A stretch of DNA of 64,000 nt from Escherichia coli (GCF_050920415.1 NZ_CP169309.1); one strand, 5' to 3'. Numbered from the stretch's first letter, positions 42,353 to 55,897 are shown. Notes: generated by a model from the letters alone, not told the origin. Made by a program: numbers and translations.

Positions 42353-43753
42353 TTAAGGCTGTACATGACGCTGACGCAGGTCGCTAGCAATGCGTGACAT
42401 CATAGGGTTATTGAGTTTGCAAAAGCGGATCGCCATCGCCAGCAGCAGGTGGAACAGCGCAGGCAGCAATGTTTCCATCGCTGCGATCCCGCCAAGCGAA
42501 CTGGCGGTCTGGTTTTCCACGCCTGGCTGGTAGGCGACAAAAATAAACAGCAGGCTGATGATCCCGGCGCTGGAGGCCCAGGCCAGCTTGATGAAAAACA
42601 GATTGAAGGCGAAGTTCATGCCGGAAGAACGTACGCGGGTTTTCCACTCGCCGTAGTCATCGGCAAAGGCCATCAATGAGAAGTGCAATGGCAATGTGAA
42701 GCCAAGAATCACGCCATTACCAAGGATCACCGCCAGCCACAGCGTTTGATAAGCCGGGCCAGAAGGCAGGAACCACATCAACACCGCCAGCGCGGCGAGG
42801 AGCAGGTTGGTGTAGTAGTAAATTTTGACGGTATCGAAACGTCGCGTTAACGGGCTGACAATCACCGAGCCGATAATGGAGGCGAAGGTGACCATAGTGA
42901 AGAACAGCGACGTGTAGCCCGTACTGCCTTGTAAGACGTAGGTAATGAAGTACATATACCCACCGCCGCGAATATTAAAGACGTTAATCAGCAGGAAAGA
43001 CATGACCAGCATCAGCAGCAGTTGGTCGTTGTTTCGCAGCCCGGCAAGATGTTCGCGCAGGGTAAATTTCCCCATTGTGGAGAGTGGCACCCGTTCACGA
43101 ACCCAGAAGAAACAGCACAGGAACATCACCACAGCGATGGCGCACAGCACGCCGACGCCCAGTTGATAGCCGCGCGCGGCATTACCCTGACCGAAGAGAT
43201 CCACCATCCACGGCAGGCCAACCGAAACCAGAAATCCCGCTACGCCGCAGAGAACGAATCGCCAGGACTGGCAGGAGATCACTTCATTGTGGCGGGTGGT
43301 CATGGTGTTGATCAGCGCGCAGTACGGCACGTTGATGGCGGTATAACCGACTGAAAGGAGCAGGTAAGTGCCGAACGCCCAGGCGATTTTTACTCCCATG
43401 CTGGCATCTGGCACGGTGAACGTCAGGATGCCGATAATGCCGATGGGAATGGCAATCCACAACTGCCACGGACGAAAGCGCCCCCAGCGACTTTGCGTCC
43501 GGTCGGCAATGACGCCCATCACCGGGTCGGAGATGGCATCAAACACGCGCAGTGCAATAAACAGCGTGCCGACCAGCGCCGGAGTTAAGCCAAAAACGTC
43601 GGTGTAGAAAAAGGTGAGAAAGTTCATGATCAGGCAAGTTATGACGGTGCCGCCAGCGTCACCCAGGCCGTAGCCTATTTTTTCCCGTACAGATAACGCG
43701 TCGTCAATTTTACCTTTAGCGATATCAGCGGTGGTAATCGGTGTAGAGGTCAT
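42353..43753 (-). CDS. GPH-family (MelB-like) glycoside/cation symporter, about 466 aa
   Basis: 12-TM profile; N-terminal [35 protein letters not shown] and the D/R-rich loop-helix motifs typical of the GPH family. Confidence 0.7.
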   Translation of the reverse strand: MTSTPITTADIAKGKIDDALSVREKIGYGLGDAGGTVITCLIMNFLTFFYTDVFGLTPALVGTLFIALRVFDAISDPVMGVIADRTQSRWGRFRPWQLWIAIPIGIIGILTFTVPDASMGVKIAWAFGTYLLLSVGYTAINVPYCALINTMTTRHNEVISCQSWRFVLCGVAGFLVSVGLPWMVDLFGQGNAARGYQLGVGVLCAIAVVMFLCCFFWVRERVPLSTMGKFTLREHLAGLRNNDQLLLMLVMSFLLINVFNIRGGGYMYFITYVLQGSTGYTSLFFTMVTFASIIGSVIVSPLTRRFDTVKIYYYTNLLLAALAVLMWFLPSGPAYQTLWLAVILGNGVILGFTLPLHFSLMAFADDYGEWKTRVRSSGMNFAFNLFFIKLAWASSAGIISLLFIFVAYQPGVENQTASSLGGIAAMETLLPALFHLLLAMAIRFCKLNNPMMSRIASDLRQRHVQP

Positions 43754-43978
43754 AGATATTCCTCGCAAATAGAGAGCATTTTTTTGTTTTATTGCAATGA
43801 CCTGATTAATTTCGCCGTTATCTGGAATATCAACAAGGCGAGAAAAGAGTAAAAAAAGGTGACGATTCCGACCTGAATTTAAAAGTGTGAATTGGATCAG
43901 GTGAAATTAATGTTTTTGATTAATAATCAAAAGGTAATGTGTTTAATCATTAATGAATAAGCGGGAAATTACATATCA

Positions 43979-44794
43979 ATGCTCGAATTATCCATGACGT
44001 TACCGATTAAAGTGCAAAATGGTGGATTATTTATTTCCCGTGGCGTAGGGAGGCATCCGGCAAGGCGGCTGGAGTCATGGGAAATTATCTTTGTCGAAAA
44101 AGGTCGATTAGCGATTCAGGAAGAAGAGCGGATATTTCTGGTCGATGCGGGAGAGAGTTTATTACTCTGGCCGAACCGACAGCATGTTGGGGTAGAGGAT
44201 TTTCCCGCCGATCTCAAATTTTACTGGCTGCATTTTGAGGTTAAAGCGCCGGATAGCGACCCGCGCTGGCTCACTCATCTTAGTGTGCCGCAACAAACGA
44301 AGGTTGCCGATCCGCAGGCGCTGGTGGCCCTGTTTCGCCAGTTCTTAAGCGAACAGGAAAAGCATCAACGCACTCCGGCGCTGGAGTTTATTGTGCTGCT
44401 GATTTTGCAGCAACTCACCCGTGACGCGCGTCTTGATGAACAGGCCGATGCCGCAGGTACCACGCTTGCCTGGAAAGCGCAGAAACTGATCCGCACGCAA
44501 TATCATCGCCCGCTTTCCACTGCGCTTTTAGCCCGCGAGCTGTACTGCAATGCCGATTATCTTGGGCGCGTCTATCGGCGGGTGTTTCATCTGACGTTAA
44601 CAGAAGCAATCCACCGCCAGCGGGTGCGCGAAGCCGAAAAGCTGTTAATTAGCGAAGCGCGATCGCTCACGGAAGTGGCGGCGTTGTGCGGGTTTAATGA
44701 CGTTGGCTATTTCCGGCAGATTTTTCGCAAACACACCGGTTTAACGCCAGCTGCGTGGAAGCGACGTTACAGCAAGGAACATATCAATTCGTAG
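43979..44794 (+). CDS. AraC/XylS-family transcriptional regulator (271 aa)
   Basis: C-terminal double-HTH AraC signature (...TEVAALCGFNDVGYFRQIFRKHTGLTPAAWKRRY); divergent from the transporter/hydrolase operon. Confidence 0.75.
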   Translation: MLELSMTLPIKVQNGGLFISRGVGRHPARRLESWEIIFVEKGRLAIQEEERIFLVDAGESLLLWPNRQHVGVEDFPADLKFYWLHFEVKAPDSDPRWLTHLSVPQQTKVADPQALVALFRQFLSEQEKHQRTPALEFIVLLILQQLTRDARLDEQADAAGTTLAWKAQKLIRTQYHRPLSTALLARELYCNADYLGRVYRRVFHLTLTEAIHRQRVREAEKLLISEARSLTEVAALCGFNDVGYFRQIFRKHTGLTPAAWKRRYSKEHINS

Positions 44795-44825
44795 TGCCGG
44801 GGCAATGAAGCCCCGGCGTGAGAGA

Positions 44826-45521
44826 TTACTGCCCGTAATAGGCATTGGCCCCATGTTTACGCAGGTAGTGCTTATCCAGCAGTTCGTTTTGCATCGCAGG
44901 GAGCTGCGGCGCAAGCTGGCGCGAGAACAGGCCCATATAGGCGCACTCTTCCAGCACTACGGCATTATGCACCGCATCGGCGGCGTTTTTTCCCCAGGCG
45001 AACGGGCCGTGAGAATGCACCAGTACCGCCGGGATTTGTGCCGGACTCCTGCCGCGTTCTTCGAAAGTTTCAATGATCACTTCGCCGGTCTGATATTCAT
45101 ATTCGCCGTTAATCTCCTCTACGGTCATCTGTCGCGTGCAGGGGATGGCACCATAGAAATAATCGGCGTGCGTGGTGCCCCAGGCGGGGAGATCCAGCCC
45201 GGCCTGTGACCAGATGGTGGCGTGGCGCGAGTGGGTATGCACAATGCCACCGATTTCGGCATAGCGACGGTAAAGCGCCAGATGCGTTGGCGTATCGGAC
45301 GAGGGCTTTTTGCTACCTTCCACCACCTTGCCGCTGGCTATCTCAACCACCACCATATCGTCGGCGGTCATCACGTCGTACTCGACGCCGGAAGGCTTAA
45401 TTACCATCCATTGCCGCGTCTCGTCTACCGCACTGACATTGCCCCAGGTAAACGTCACCAGATGGTGAGCGGGAAGCGCCAGATTTGCCGCCAGTACGTC
45501 GGCTTTCAGTTGTTCTAACAT
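44826..45521 (-). CDS. sgbE: L-ribulose-5-phosphate 4-epimerase (231 aa)
   Basis: Class II aldolase/epimerase motifs (HTHS...; [12 protein letters not shown]); last gene of the yiaK-sgbE cluster. Confidence 0.85.
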   Translation of the reverse strand: MLEQLKADVLAANLALPAHHLVTFTWGNVSAVDETRQWMVIKPSGVEYDVMTADDMVVVEIASGKVVEGSKKPSSDTPTHLALYRRYAEIGGIVHTHSRHATIWSQAGLDLPAWGTTHADYFYGAIPCTRQMTVEEINGEYEYQTGEVIIETFEERGRSPAQIPAVLVHSHGPFAWGKNAADAVHNAVVLEECAYMGLFSRQLAPQLPAMQNELLDKHYLRKHGANAYYGQ

Positions 45522-46375
45522 ATAAATCCAGCCTCCTGCATACGCGCTTCAATCCAGCGCCGTGCCTGAATAATCTCCAGCACCGGCTCTTTGGCTTTTT
45601 CGGTCCACATCTCAATCAGAAATGATCCGCGATAGTTCAGTTCATGCAGCGTTTTGAAGATACCAACGAAATCGACGCAGCCTTCGCCAAACGGCACGTC
45701 GCGGAACTGTCCGGGGCTATGCTCGGTCACTGGCTGGGTATCTTTCAGGTGGATGGCGGCGATACGGTCAATGCCCAGTTTCAGTTCAGCGGGAACATCA
45801 TTGCCCCAGGCGCTAAGGTTGCCGACGTCCGGGTAGACGGTGAACCACGGCGAGGCGAGCATCTCGTCCCACTTTTTCCATTTGCTGATGGAGTTCATAA
45901 ACGAGGTATCCATAATCTCCACCGCCAGCATTACTTGTGATGCCGCCGCCTGTTCGACAGCCCACGTCAGCCCTTCAGCAAAACGTTGCCGGGTACCTTC
46001 GTCATGGTCTTCGTAATAGACGTCGTAGCCCGCCAGTTGAATGGTGCGAATACCGAGATCGCGCGCCAGGCGAATCGCTTTGCTCATGATCTCCCGCGCC
46101 CGTTCGCGCACCGCCTCGTCCCGGCTGCCAAAAGGAAAACGGCGATGGGCAGACAGACACATTGACGGAATGGTAACACCCGTTTCGATCATCGCGGTGA
46201 CCAGCGAGGCACGTTGCGCGGCGCTCCAGTCAAGGCGTGACAGCCGTTCATCGGTTTCATCCACCGACATTTCGACAAAATCAAAGCCACAGCTTTTCGC
46301 CAGCACCAGCCGCTCGGGCCAGGAGAGATCTTTCGCCAGTGCTTTTTCATAAATCCCTAACGGATGATTACGCAC
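45515..46375 (-). CDS. sgbU: L-xylulose-5-phosphate 3-epimerase (286 aa, GTG start)
   Basis: TIM-barrel sugar-phosphate epimerase; start assigned at GTG ([13 protein letters not shown]...), overlapping the sgbH stop. Confidence 0.8.
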   Translation of the reverse strand: MRNHPLGIYEKALAKDLSWPERLVLAKSCGFDFVEMSVDETDERLSRLDWSAAQRASLVTAMIETGVTIPSMCLSAHRRFPFGSRDEAVRERAREIMSKAIRLARDLGIRTIQLAGYDVYYEDHDEGTRQRFAEGLTWAVEQAAASQVMLAVEIMDTSFMNSISKWKKWDEMLASPWFTVYPDVGNLSAWGNDVPAELKLGIDRIAAIHLKDTQPVTEHSPGQFRDVPFGEGCVDFVGIFKTLHELNYRGSFLIEMWTEKAKEPVLEIIQARRWIEARMQEAGFIC

Positions 46376-47030
46376 GCGCGCCTCCCCAGATAGCGTCGAT
46401 TTGCGCATGGAAGTCGGCAGCTACCTGTGCCGGATTTGCTGCGCCTGCCAGCGCCCGCCCGGCAATAAACGCTTTCACGCGGATATCTTTAAACAGCGGC
46501 AGGTCAGCAGGCGTAATCCCGCCGGTAATGGAAAGCTCAAGGCCGATATCGGAAAGCGCCTTCATGCGTGCCAGATCGGCTTCGCCCCACTGTTGCCCGC
46601 TGGCTTGCGCGTCACGGCCACGATGATAAATGGCCTGCCGCACGCCAATACGATGCCAGTCGCGGGCGTCGTCCAGCGTCCAGTTACCAAAAAGCTCTAT
46701 CTGGATTTCACCACCGCAGCGTTGCGCCATTGCGTGGCCTTTTTCTACCGTCGCGAGCGGTGCAGCGCAGATGATGGTCATCCAGTTAGCGCCTGCGCCA
46801 AACGCCTGTTGCGCGAGCGTTTCACCAGCATCGGCGACCTTCCAGTCAGCAACGATGATTTTGTCCGGGCACTGTTCGCGCAAGGCTTTCACCGCGCCAA
46901 GCCCTTCGTTTAAACAGAGAATGGTGCCCGCTTCGACGATATCGACGCTGTCTTTTAACAGCGCAACGTCGCGCTGTGCGGCTTCAAGTGATGAGTGGTC
47001 GAGGGCCAGTTGCAGAAGTGGTCTGCTCAT
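46368..47030 (-). CDS. sgbH: 3-keto-L-gulonate-6-phosphate decarboxylase (220 aa)
   Basis: OMP-decarboxylase-like fold ([18 protein letters not shown]...); 220 aa. Confidence 0.85.
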   Translation of the reverse strand: MSRPLLQLALDHSSLEAAQRDVALLKDSVDIVEAGTILCLNEGLGAVKALREQCPDKIIVADWKVADAGETLAQQAFGAGANWMTIICAAPLATVEKGHAMAQRCGGEIQIELFGNWTLDDARDWHRIGVRQAIYHRGRDAQASGQQWGEADLARMKALSDIGLELSITGGITPADLPLFKDIRVKAFIAGRALAGAANPAQVAADFHAQIDAIWGGARA

Positions 47031-48523
47031 AATGTGTTCTCCTTAACGCGGGCATGAAAGCCCTGTAGTGCGGCAATGAGGTGCTGATAGCGTTGGTATT
47101 TTTGTTGGTAAAGCTGATGGGCGGTCATATCCGGTAACAGGGTGCGCACCGGGTGCTGTTGATCGCGCTGGGCTTCGCTGAAATCGCGATAAACACCGGT
47201 GCCGACGCGGGCTGCAAGCGCCGCGCCAAAACAGCCCGTTTCTTGCACCTGCGGCAGTTCGATACGCAGTCCGCTAACGTCCGCCAGCATTTGCATCCAG
47301 ACATCGGAGTGCGCCGGGCCGCCAGTGACGCGCAGGGTGTGCACATCAGTAAAACGTTCGCGCATCCGGTTGAGGTGGGTCATATGGCTGAACACCACGC
47401 CTTCATAAATGGCCTGCAACAGGTGTGCGCGGGTGTGAATGGCCTGCATCCCGTAGAAACCGCTGGTCATCTCGAGTCCGGCGTTGCTGCCGTACAGGAA
47501 CGGCAGGAAAAAGAGATCGCCACCGGCTTTCGGTAAGCTGGCAACAGCCTGGTTGATCTCTGCAAACGAGATTTCTCCCCACTGCGCGGTAAACCATTCG
47601 AGATTGCCGGAAGAGGTAGGGCTGGCTTCGTGAACGATAAATTCACCGTCGTTAACGTAGCGGCCATAGACATACGGATGCGCTTCACCGCCACCTAAAC
47701 CGCTGGTTATGCCGCTGGTCACCGCCCAGGTCCCCATCACCGCATTGAGGGTAAATTCGTCTTCGATTCCGGCGCAGAGTGCGGTAGAAACCACATCAAA
47801 CAGGCCGCCGACAACGGGCGTACCCGCTTTCAGACCGGTCAGTGCGGCTGTCTGAGCGGTGATTTCCCCGCAGATTTCGGCAGATCCAACAACAGGCGGC
47901 AGGGCGTGATTGATTTCACTGATCCCCAGCCAGTTGGTGAGGCACGGGTCATATTCCCCGCGACTCATGTTGTAGAGATTGGATTCGGAAATATTGCTCT
48001 CTTCGCAGCCTTTGACACCGGTTAAACACCAGCGCAGGTAGTCGTGCGTCATCATCACGCAGCCAATTTGCGCGTAGCGTTCTGGTTCGTGTTCTTTCAG
48101 CCAGCGTAACAGCGACACCGGATGCCCGGTCCACAAGGTTTGTCGGGTCAGCGGGTAGAGTTTTTCCGGGATGTTATCTTCCTGCCAGCGACGAACGATT
48201 TCCATCGCCCGGCGATCCGAGGACAAAATGGCGTTACCGAGCGGCTTGTCGTTTTTATCCAGCAAAAACAAGCCCTTTCCCTGTGCGGAGATACCGATGC
48301 CGACAATTTGCTCTCCGCTAACGCTGGAATGGGTAAGCAGGGCGCGAATGACAGCCATGCAGCATTGCCACAGTTCTTCTATATCGCGCTCTGCCCAGCC
48401 TGGCTGCGGGCTTAATGCGCACAGCGGCAGGCGCTGCACGCCTGCCTCCCAGCCTTCGCGGTCATACAGTCCGGCTTTTAGCCAGCTTCCGCCACAATCT
48501 AACCCCAGCCAGTATTGCGTCAT
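47027..48523 (-). CDS. lyxK: L-xylulose kinase (498 aa)
   Basis: FGGY-family carbohydrate kinase, 498 aa, syntenic. Confidence 0.85.
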   Translation of the reverse strand: MTQYWLGLDCGGSWLKAGLYDREGWEAGVQRLPLCALSPQPGWAERDIEELWQCCMAVIRALLTHSSVSGEQIVGIGISAQGKGLFLLDKNDKPLGNAILSSDRRAMEIVRRWQEDNIPEKLYPLTRQTLWTGHPVSLLRWLKEHEPERYAQIGCVMMTHDYLRWCLTGVKGCEESNISESNLYNMSRGEYDPCLTNWLGISEINHALPPVVGSAEICGEITAQTAALTGLKAGTPVVGGLFDVVSTALCAGIEDEFTLNAVMGTWAVTSGITSGLGGGEAHPYVYGRYVNDGEFIVHEASPTSSGNLEWFTAQWGEISFAEINQAVASLPKAGGDLFFLPFLYGSNAGLEMTSGFYGMQAIHTRAHLLQAIYEGVVFSHMTHLNRMRERFTDVHTLRVTGGPAHSDVWMQMLADVSGLRIELPQVQETGCFGAALAARVGTGVYRDFSEAQRDQQHPVRTLLPDMTAHQLYQQKYQRYQHLIAALQGFHARVKENTL

Positions 48524-48526
48524 GGC

Positions 48527-49513
48527 TTATTGCACCTCATCCACGGCTTTCAGCAGTTCATCGCCCTGCGGAACATCTTTTACAAACATGTCGCGGACCT
48601 GAGTACCCAGTACGTCGCTAAAGGCTTTGCGATCAAGTTCGGTGATGACTTCCACGCCAGCGTCTTTCATGCCGTCGATGATTTTTTGCTGATTTTCGGC
48701 GACCAATTTGCGCTGGTAATTACCCGCTTCTTGCGCAGATGAAATTAGCGCTTGCTGGAACTCCGGGCTTAAGCCATCAAACTTCGCTTTGTTGATCACC
48801 ACCAGAAGTGGGGAATAGGCATGGTGCGTCAGAGAAAGGTACTTCTGCACTTCATAAAATTTGGCTGACCAGACGACGTTGATCGGGTGTTCCTAAGCGT
48901 CGATAGTGCGCGTTTCCAGCCCGGTATAGACTTCGGCAAATGGCATCGGAATCGGGTTAGCGCCAAAGACTTTGAATGCGGCGATATTCATCGGGCTATT
49001 GTTGGTGCGTATTTTCAGCCCTTTCAGGTCGGCAGGTGTTTTAACTGGCTGGCGTGAGTTGGTGACATCGCGCCAGCCGTTTTCCCAGTAGGCCAGTACT
49101 TTCAGTCCCTTACCTTCAAGGGAGGCCTTCAGTTCATCGCCGACTTTGCCGTCGAGTGTTTTATGCGCGTGGGCGGTATCGCGGAACAGGAAAGGAACAT
49201 CAAGCAGGTTCATCACAGGTGATAATCCGGCAAAGTTATTCGAGCCAGACATCTCCATATCAATAGTGCCGCCACGCACGCCGCTGATCATCGCTTGTGC
49301 GTTGCCGAGAGTACTGTCCGGGAACAGTTTTAATTTCAGCTCGCCTTTGGTTCTCTCCTGTAATAATTCATTAAATTTTTTCGCTGCAATATGTTGTGAG
49401 TCGGTTTGTGAGGTTTCATAACCGAAACGTAATGATTGTGCCGCCAGCGAAGACGTACTGAATGCAGCGAGGCCAGCAATGAATAATGCGTAGGTTACAG
49501 AGCGTAATTTCAT
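48527..49513 (-). pseudogene. yiaO: TRAP-transporter solute-binding protein YiaO with an in-frame amber stop
   Basis: The 987-bp frame (328 codons, the length I recall for K-12 YiaO) is intact except for TAG at 48893-48895 (minus strand), giving ...TRTIDA*EHPINVVW; the codon replaces the Gln of the conserved TRAP-SBP D-x-Q-E-x-P motif. Confidence 0.75.
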
Positions 49514-49525
49514 TATATTTTCCTT

Positions 49526-50803
49526 TTAATTAATCCATTTCAACGGGAGGATGATGAGATCGGGAATAAAAACAAATAAGGCTAATAAGGAATATAAAAC
49601 CAGGACGTAAGGGAAAACGCCTCTGACTGCATCATCGAATTTGAGTTTAGCCACCCCTGAAATAACGTTAAGCACATTACCGATAGGCGGTGTAATTAAG
49701 CCGATTGAGCAGTTGATGATAAACATGACTCCGAAGTAAATCGGATCGATTCCTGCCTCTTTAACTAAAGGCATTAATACCGGGGTAAGAATTAACACCG
49801 TCGGCGTTAAATCCATTACCATACCGACTATCAAAATCGCCACCATAATGACGATAAACAGCAGACGCGGTGAATCGACCAACGGTTGCAGTAAATCAGA
49901 AACCATCATCGGCAATTCAGCAATGGTAATCAGCCAGGCAGAAACTTGTGCCGAGGCCACCAGAAACATCACCACTGAGGTGGTTTTCGCCGCGCCAATG
50001 AGTACATGCCAAAGTGTAGCGAAGGTCATTTCACGGTAAATAACTGTGGCGACAAACAACGCATAGAAAGCAGCAACGGCCCCGGCTTCGGTAGGGGTAA
50101 ACAGACCGGAGCGAAAGCCGCCAATAATAATGACCGGAAGAAATAGCGCCCAGATACCGGAAACAAAAGATTGCCAGATTTCTCGTTTCGTTGCTTTTTG
50201 CTGACGGGGTAAATTAAGACGACTGGCCTGCCACCACCAGGTGAGCATCAGCGTTGCGCCCATCATAATGCCTGGGGCAATACCCGCCATAAACAACTTA
50301 CTGATGGATAATCCGCTGGAAACACCGAAGATAATAAACGGAATGGAAGGGGGAATAATTGGCGCGATAATGCCGCCAGAGGCAATCAGCCCCGCAGCCC
50401 GGTTGACCGGGTAGTTAGCGCTGCGCATCATCGGCACTAATAGCGCGGCAACGGCGGCGGTATCCGCAACAGCAGAACCGGAAAGGCTCGCCATAATCAT
50501 TGCCGCCAGCACGCCGACGTAGCCCAGCCCGCCTGGTTTATGCCCCACCAGTTTCATCGGCAGGTCAACAATGCGTTTTGATAAGCCGCCCGCATTCATG
50601 ATTTCACCCGCCAGTACAAAGAACGGAATCGCCAGCAGGGAGAAGCTGTCAGCACCGTTTACCAGCGTTTGCGCCATGATCTGGACATCAAACATATCCA
50701 GCCAGAACATAAGCGCCGCCCCGCACAACAGTAGCGACCAGGCAATAGGCAAACCGATGGCAATGCCACCCAACAGGCAGCCCAGAAAAATCAGCACAGC
50801 CAT
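49526..50803 (-). CDS. yiaN: TRAP transporter large permease (425 aa)
   Basis: DctM-like polytopic membrane protein, 425 aa. Confidence 0.85.
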   Translation of the reverse strand: MAVLIFLGCLLGGIAIGLPIAWSLLLCGAALMFWLDMFDVQIMAQTLVNGADSFSLLAIPFFVLAGEIMNAGGLSKRIVDLPMKLVGHKPGGLGYVGVLAAMIMASLSGSAVADTAAVAALLVPMMRSANYPVNRAAGLIASGGIIAPIIPPSIPFIIFGVSSGLSISKLFMAGIAPGIMMGATLMLTWWWQASRLNLPRQQKATKREIWQSFVSGIWALFLPVIIIGGFRSGLFTPTEAGAVAAFYALFVATVIYREMTFATLWHVLIGAAKTTSVVMFLVASAQVSAWLITIAELPMMVSDLLQPLVDSPRLLFIVIMVAILIVGMVMDLTPTVLILTPVLMPLVKEAGIDPIYFGVMFIINCSIGLITPPIGNVLNVISGVAKLKFDDAVRGVFPYVLVLYSLLALFVFIPDLIILPLKWIN

Positions 50804-50805
50804 GA

Positions 50806-51279
50806 TTAAGCTCCTTGCGGTGGCGGCGTTAGAGAATTGCTACGCGTGATGAGTTGATATAAAAGGCGCAGCTCAAAGAATGCGATAACGAGGCTGGTGG
50901 GCAGACAAGCGGCATACATCAGGCCGATGGGCAAGCCGAGGATCGGTGAATAATCGCTCCAGTCCTGAATTGTTTTTAGCGTTGCGCCCCAGGCCAGTGC
51001 GCCACAAATAAATAAGATTAAGGAGTGGGTAACCAGAGCGACTCGTCGCTGCCACGCGGGGGAGAGTTTCTCCACCAGAAAGGTAACCTGAACGTGGGCG
51101 TTATCCATAAAAGCCACAATCGCGCCAATAAAGGTTAACCAGACAAATAAATAGCGCGACAATTCATCTACAGATAAAATACTTGTCTGAAAACCATATC
51201 TTAAAATAATGTTTATAAACACAATACAGGAAAGTACGGCGAGATTAATCGCCAGTATTGCTTCAAGTATTTTTTTCAT
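50806..51279 (-). CDS. yiaM: TRAP transporter small permease (157 aa)
   Basis: DctQ-like, 4 TM helices, 157 aa. Confidence 0.85.
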   Translation of the reverse strand: MKKILEAILAINLAVLSCIVFINIILRYGFQTSILSVDELSRYLFVWLTFIGAIVAFMDNAHVQVTFLVEKLSPAWQRRVALVTHSLILFICGALAWGATLKTIQDWSDYSPILGLPIGLMYAACLPTSLVIAFFELRLLYQLITRSNSLTPPPQGA

Positions 51280-51386
51280 AGCTATTCCTTGAGGCTATGT
51301 TTGTCATAATTCAAGTTGCATGTGCAGCAACCTGAATTATTAATATAGTTAGAGCAATAACATTACCCAGGCGTTCTGGTGTTCGA

Positions 51387-51857
<471 letters not shown>

Positions 51858-51865
51858 TTATCTCC

Positions 51866-52864
51866 TTATAACGCCTGGATTTTTGCCCATACGCTGTCAT
51901 CAACGGTAATACCGTTACGGCGGTTTTCTGCCAGCAGGGTGGTAAATTCGTGGCCGGGTAAGCGAATGGCCTGGTTTTCATCGGCGCGTTCAGCGGTAGT
52001 AACATAATCCATGATGCGTTGCAGCTTGGCATCGCGGGTGGGGCCGTCGATCAATTTATCCACTTCGATGGCGATAAAGATTTGCGAAACACCGTATTCG
52101 TCGCTGTTATCCTGGGTGACTTCAGCAACTGACGCGCCGTCAGAAAGAAGAGTAGCGATCATATCCAATACGATCGACATACCGGAACCTTTCCAGTAAC
52201 CCATTGGCAAAATACGGCGATTTTTCTCGATTACACCAGGTTCTTTGGTGAGGTTGCCTTCATCGTCAAAGCCGCCATCGACCGGTAACTGACGGCCCGC
52301 CAGGCGGTTAACTTCTAACATGCCATAAGAGAACATCGACATCGACATATCGACCATAGTGATCGGCGTGGAAGGAATTGCGACGATCAGCGGGTTAGTG
52401 CCGATGCGACACTCTTTTGCGCCCCACGGCGGCATTACGGCGATGGAGTTGGTCCAGCAAATGCCAATATAGCCTTTTTCCGCCGCCTGCCAGCCGTAGC
52501 TGCCGCCGCGCATCCAGTGGTTGGCATTACGCAACGCCACCAGACCAATACCGTGATCGGCAGCCAGTTCAATGGCGCGATCCATCATCTTTTTCGCCGT
52601 CAGATTGCCGATTGAACGCTGGGCGTCCCACTGTTCAATTGCGCCGAGGCTGGTTATACGTTTGGGTTGGGCATCAGGAATGATATCGCCGTTTTCCAGT
52701 TGTTGAATGAAACGAGGGAAACGGTTGACGCCGTGAGAATAAACGCCGGATTCGGTGGTGCGGGCGAACATTTCGGCACAGGCATCAGCCGTTTCGCTGT
52801 CAACGCCGCGTGAAATTAAGACTCGATTAAAGGCTGCTTTTAACTGCTCAAATGTCACTTTCAA
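51866..52864 (-). CDS. yiaK: 2,3-diketo-L-gulonate reductase (332 aa)
   Basis: Ldh2-family oxidoreductase, 332 aa, first gene of the cluster. Confidence 0.85.
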   Translation of the reverse strand: MKVTFEQLKAAFNRVLISRGVDSETADACAEMFARTTESGVYSHGVNRFPRFIQQLENGDIIPDAQPKRITSLGAIEQWDAQRSIGNLTAKKMMDRAIELAADHGIGLVALRNANHWMRGGSYGWQAAEKGYIGICWTNSIAVMPPWGAKECRIGTNPLIVAIPSTPITMVDMSMSMFSYGMLEVNRLAGRQLPVDGGFDDEGNLTKEPGVIEKNRRILPMGYWKGSGMSIVLDMIATLLSDGASVAEVTQDNSDEYGVSQIFIAIEVDKLIDGPTRDAKLQRIMDYVTTAERADENQAIRLPGHEFTTLLAENRRNGITVDDSVWAKIQAL

Positions 52865-53064
52865 CCCTGGCTTCCTTGTTTTTTTGATCGCTTTTTTGGT
52901 TTAAAATTTCAATATGCGAAATCTGATTTCAAATATATCGATCGCTTTTTAACAAAGCAATCTGATTGATGAATTTCAAAAAACTTAAAAATCAATCGGT
53001 TATAAATTATCTGTCGAGATCGTGAACTACGACACACTTTGCGCTACCATCAGGACGCGACAAA

Positions 53065-53913
53065 ATGGGGAAAGAAGTGATGGGAAAAAAAGAGAACGAG
53101 ATGGCGCAGGAAAAAGAGCGTCCAGCCGGAAGCCAGAGTCTGTTTCGCGGGTTGATGCTGATTGAGATTTTGAGCAACTATCCAAATGGTTGCCCGCTGG
53201 CGCATCTCTCGGAGCTGGCAGGTTTAAATAAGAGTACCGTCCATCGCTTATTGCAGGGATTACAGTCCTGCGGCTATGTGACCACCGCGCCCGCCGCAGG
53301 GAGTTACCGCCTGACTACCAAATTTATTGCCGTCGGGCAGAAGGCGCTGTCTTCGCTGAATATCATTCATATCGCCGCTCCGCATCTTGAGGCACTGAAC
53401 ATCGCCACTGGTGAAACCATTAACTTCTCCAGCCGCGAAGACGATCACGCTATTTTGATTTATAAGCTGGAACCCACGACCGGGATGCTGCGAACCCGAG
53501 CTTATATAGGCCAGCATATGCCGCTCTACTGTTCCGCAATGGGCAAGATCTATATGGCGTTTGGTCACCCGGACTACGTGAAGTCATACTGGGAAAGCCA
53601 TCAGCATGAGATCCAGCCGTTAACCCGCAATACCATTACCGAGCTGCCCGCGATGTTCGACGAACTGGCGCACATTCGTGAAAGCGGAGCGGCGATGGAC
53701 AGAGAAGAAAACGAACTCGGCGTCTCCTGTATTGCTGTTCCGGTGTTTGATATTCATGGGCGGGTGCCGTACGCCGTGTCGATTTCTCTTTCGACATCAC
53801 GTCTGAAACAGGTGGGGGAGAAAAATCTCCTGAAACCACTGCGTGAAACCGCGCAGGCTATTTCTAATGAACTGGGATTTACTGTCAGGGACGACCAGGG
53901 CGCGATCACATAA
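53065..53913 (+). CDS. yiaJ: IclR-family transcriptional repressor YiaJ (282 aa)
   Basis: IclR HTH (LAELAGLNKSTVHRLLQGL) and C-terminal effector domain; divergent from yiaK. Confidence 0.85.
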   Translation: MGKEVMGKKENEMAQEKERPAGSQSLFRGLMLIEILSNYPNGCPLAHLSELAGLNKSTVHRLLQGLQSCGYVTTAPAAGSYRLTTKFIAVGQKALSSLNIIHIAAPHLEALNIATGETINFSSREDDHAILIYKLEPTTGMLRTRAYIGQHMPLYCSAMGKIYMAFGHPDYVKSYWESHQHEIQPLTRNTITELPAMFDELAHIRESGAAMDREENELGVSCIAVPVFDIHGRVPYAVSISLSTSRLKQVGEKNLLKPLRETAQAISNELGFTVRDDQGAIT

Positions 53914-54008
53914 CGCTCTGGACAAGTGCCAAAACTTTAACATTTCCTTCGTTGGATCAAAGCAGTAGAGACGCGCTCTCTGGCACTCTGCTGTTTTAGT
54001 GCAAAGGA

Positions 54009-54488
54009 GTGATCATGAACCGGTTTATTATTGTGGATGCGACGAAATGTATCGGTTGCCGTACCTGTGAAGTGGCTTGCGCAGTGTCGCATCAGGAGAA
54101 TCAGGATTGCGCTGCGTTGTCACCCGGTGAGTTTATTTCGCGTATTCGTGTCATTAAAGATCATACTTACACCACGGCAGTAGCCTGTCATCAGTGTGAA
54201 GATGCACCGTGCGCAAATGTGTGCCCTGTTGACGCGATAAGTCGCGAACATGGGCATATTTTCGTTGAACAATCACGTTGTATTGGCTGTAAAAGCTGTA
54301 TGCTGGCTTGCCCGTTTGGTGCGATGGAGGTCGTTTCTTCACGCACAAAGGCGAGGGCGATTAAGTGCGATCTGTGCTGGCATCGGGCGACGGGACCGGC
54401 CTGTGTTGAAGCTTGCCCAACACAAGCGTTGCAATGCATGGATGTCGAGAAAGTGCAGCGGCATCGGCTACGGCAGCAGTCTGTTTGA
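54009..54488 (+). CDS. ysaA: 4Fe-4S ferredoxin-type protein YsaA
   Basis: Multiple CxxCxxCxxxCP clusters (CIGCRTCEVAC; CHQCEDAPCANVCP; CIGCKSCMLACP). Confidence 0.8.
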   Translation: MIMNRFIIVDATKCIGCRTCEVACAVSHQENQDCAALSPGEFISRIRVIKDHTYTTAVACHQCEDAPCANVCPVDAISREHGHIFVEQSRCIGCKSCMLACPFGAMEVVSSRTKARAIKCDLCWHRATGPACVEACPTQALQCMDVEKVQRHRLRQQSV

Positions 54489-54529
54489 AACGTTTTTCCG
54501 GCGTTTTTTAACGCAGGAATAGTGCGCTT

Positions 54530-54575
54530 TGTTTATGCCGGATGCGGCTTAAACGCCTTATCCGGCCTACAAATT
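54530..54575. repeat. REP element
   Basis: gccggatgcggcttaaacgccttatccggcctacaa. Confidence 0.6.
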
Positions 54576-54604
54576 ATTCCAAATTCAATATATTGCAGAA
54601 ATGA

Positions 54605-55897
<1,293 letters not shown>

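Noticed and set aside
42343-42390. Longer start for the GH127-like gene at 42390 and for the transporter at 43768
   Set aside because: The internal ATGs at 42342 and 43753 have proper Shine-Dalgarno sequences and avoid overlapping the upstream gene.
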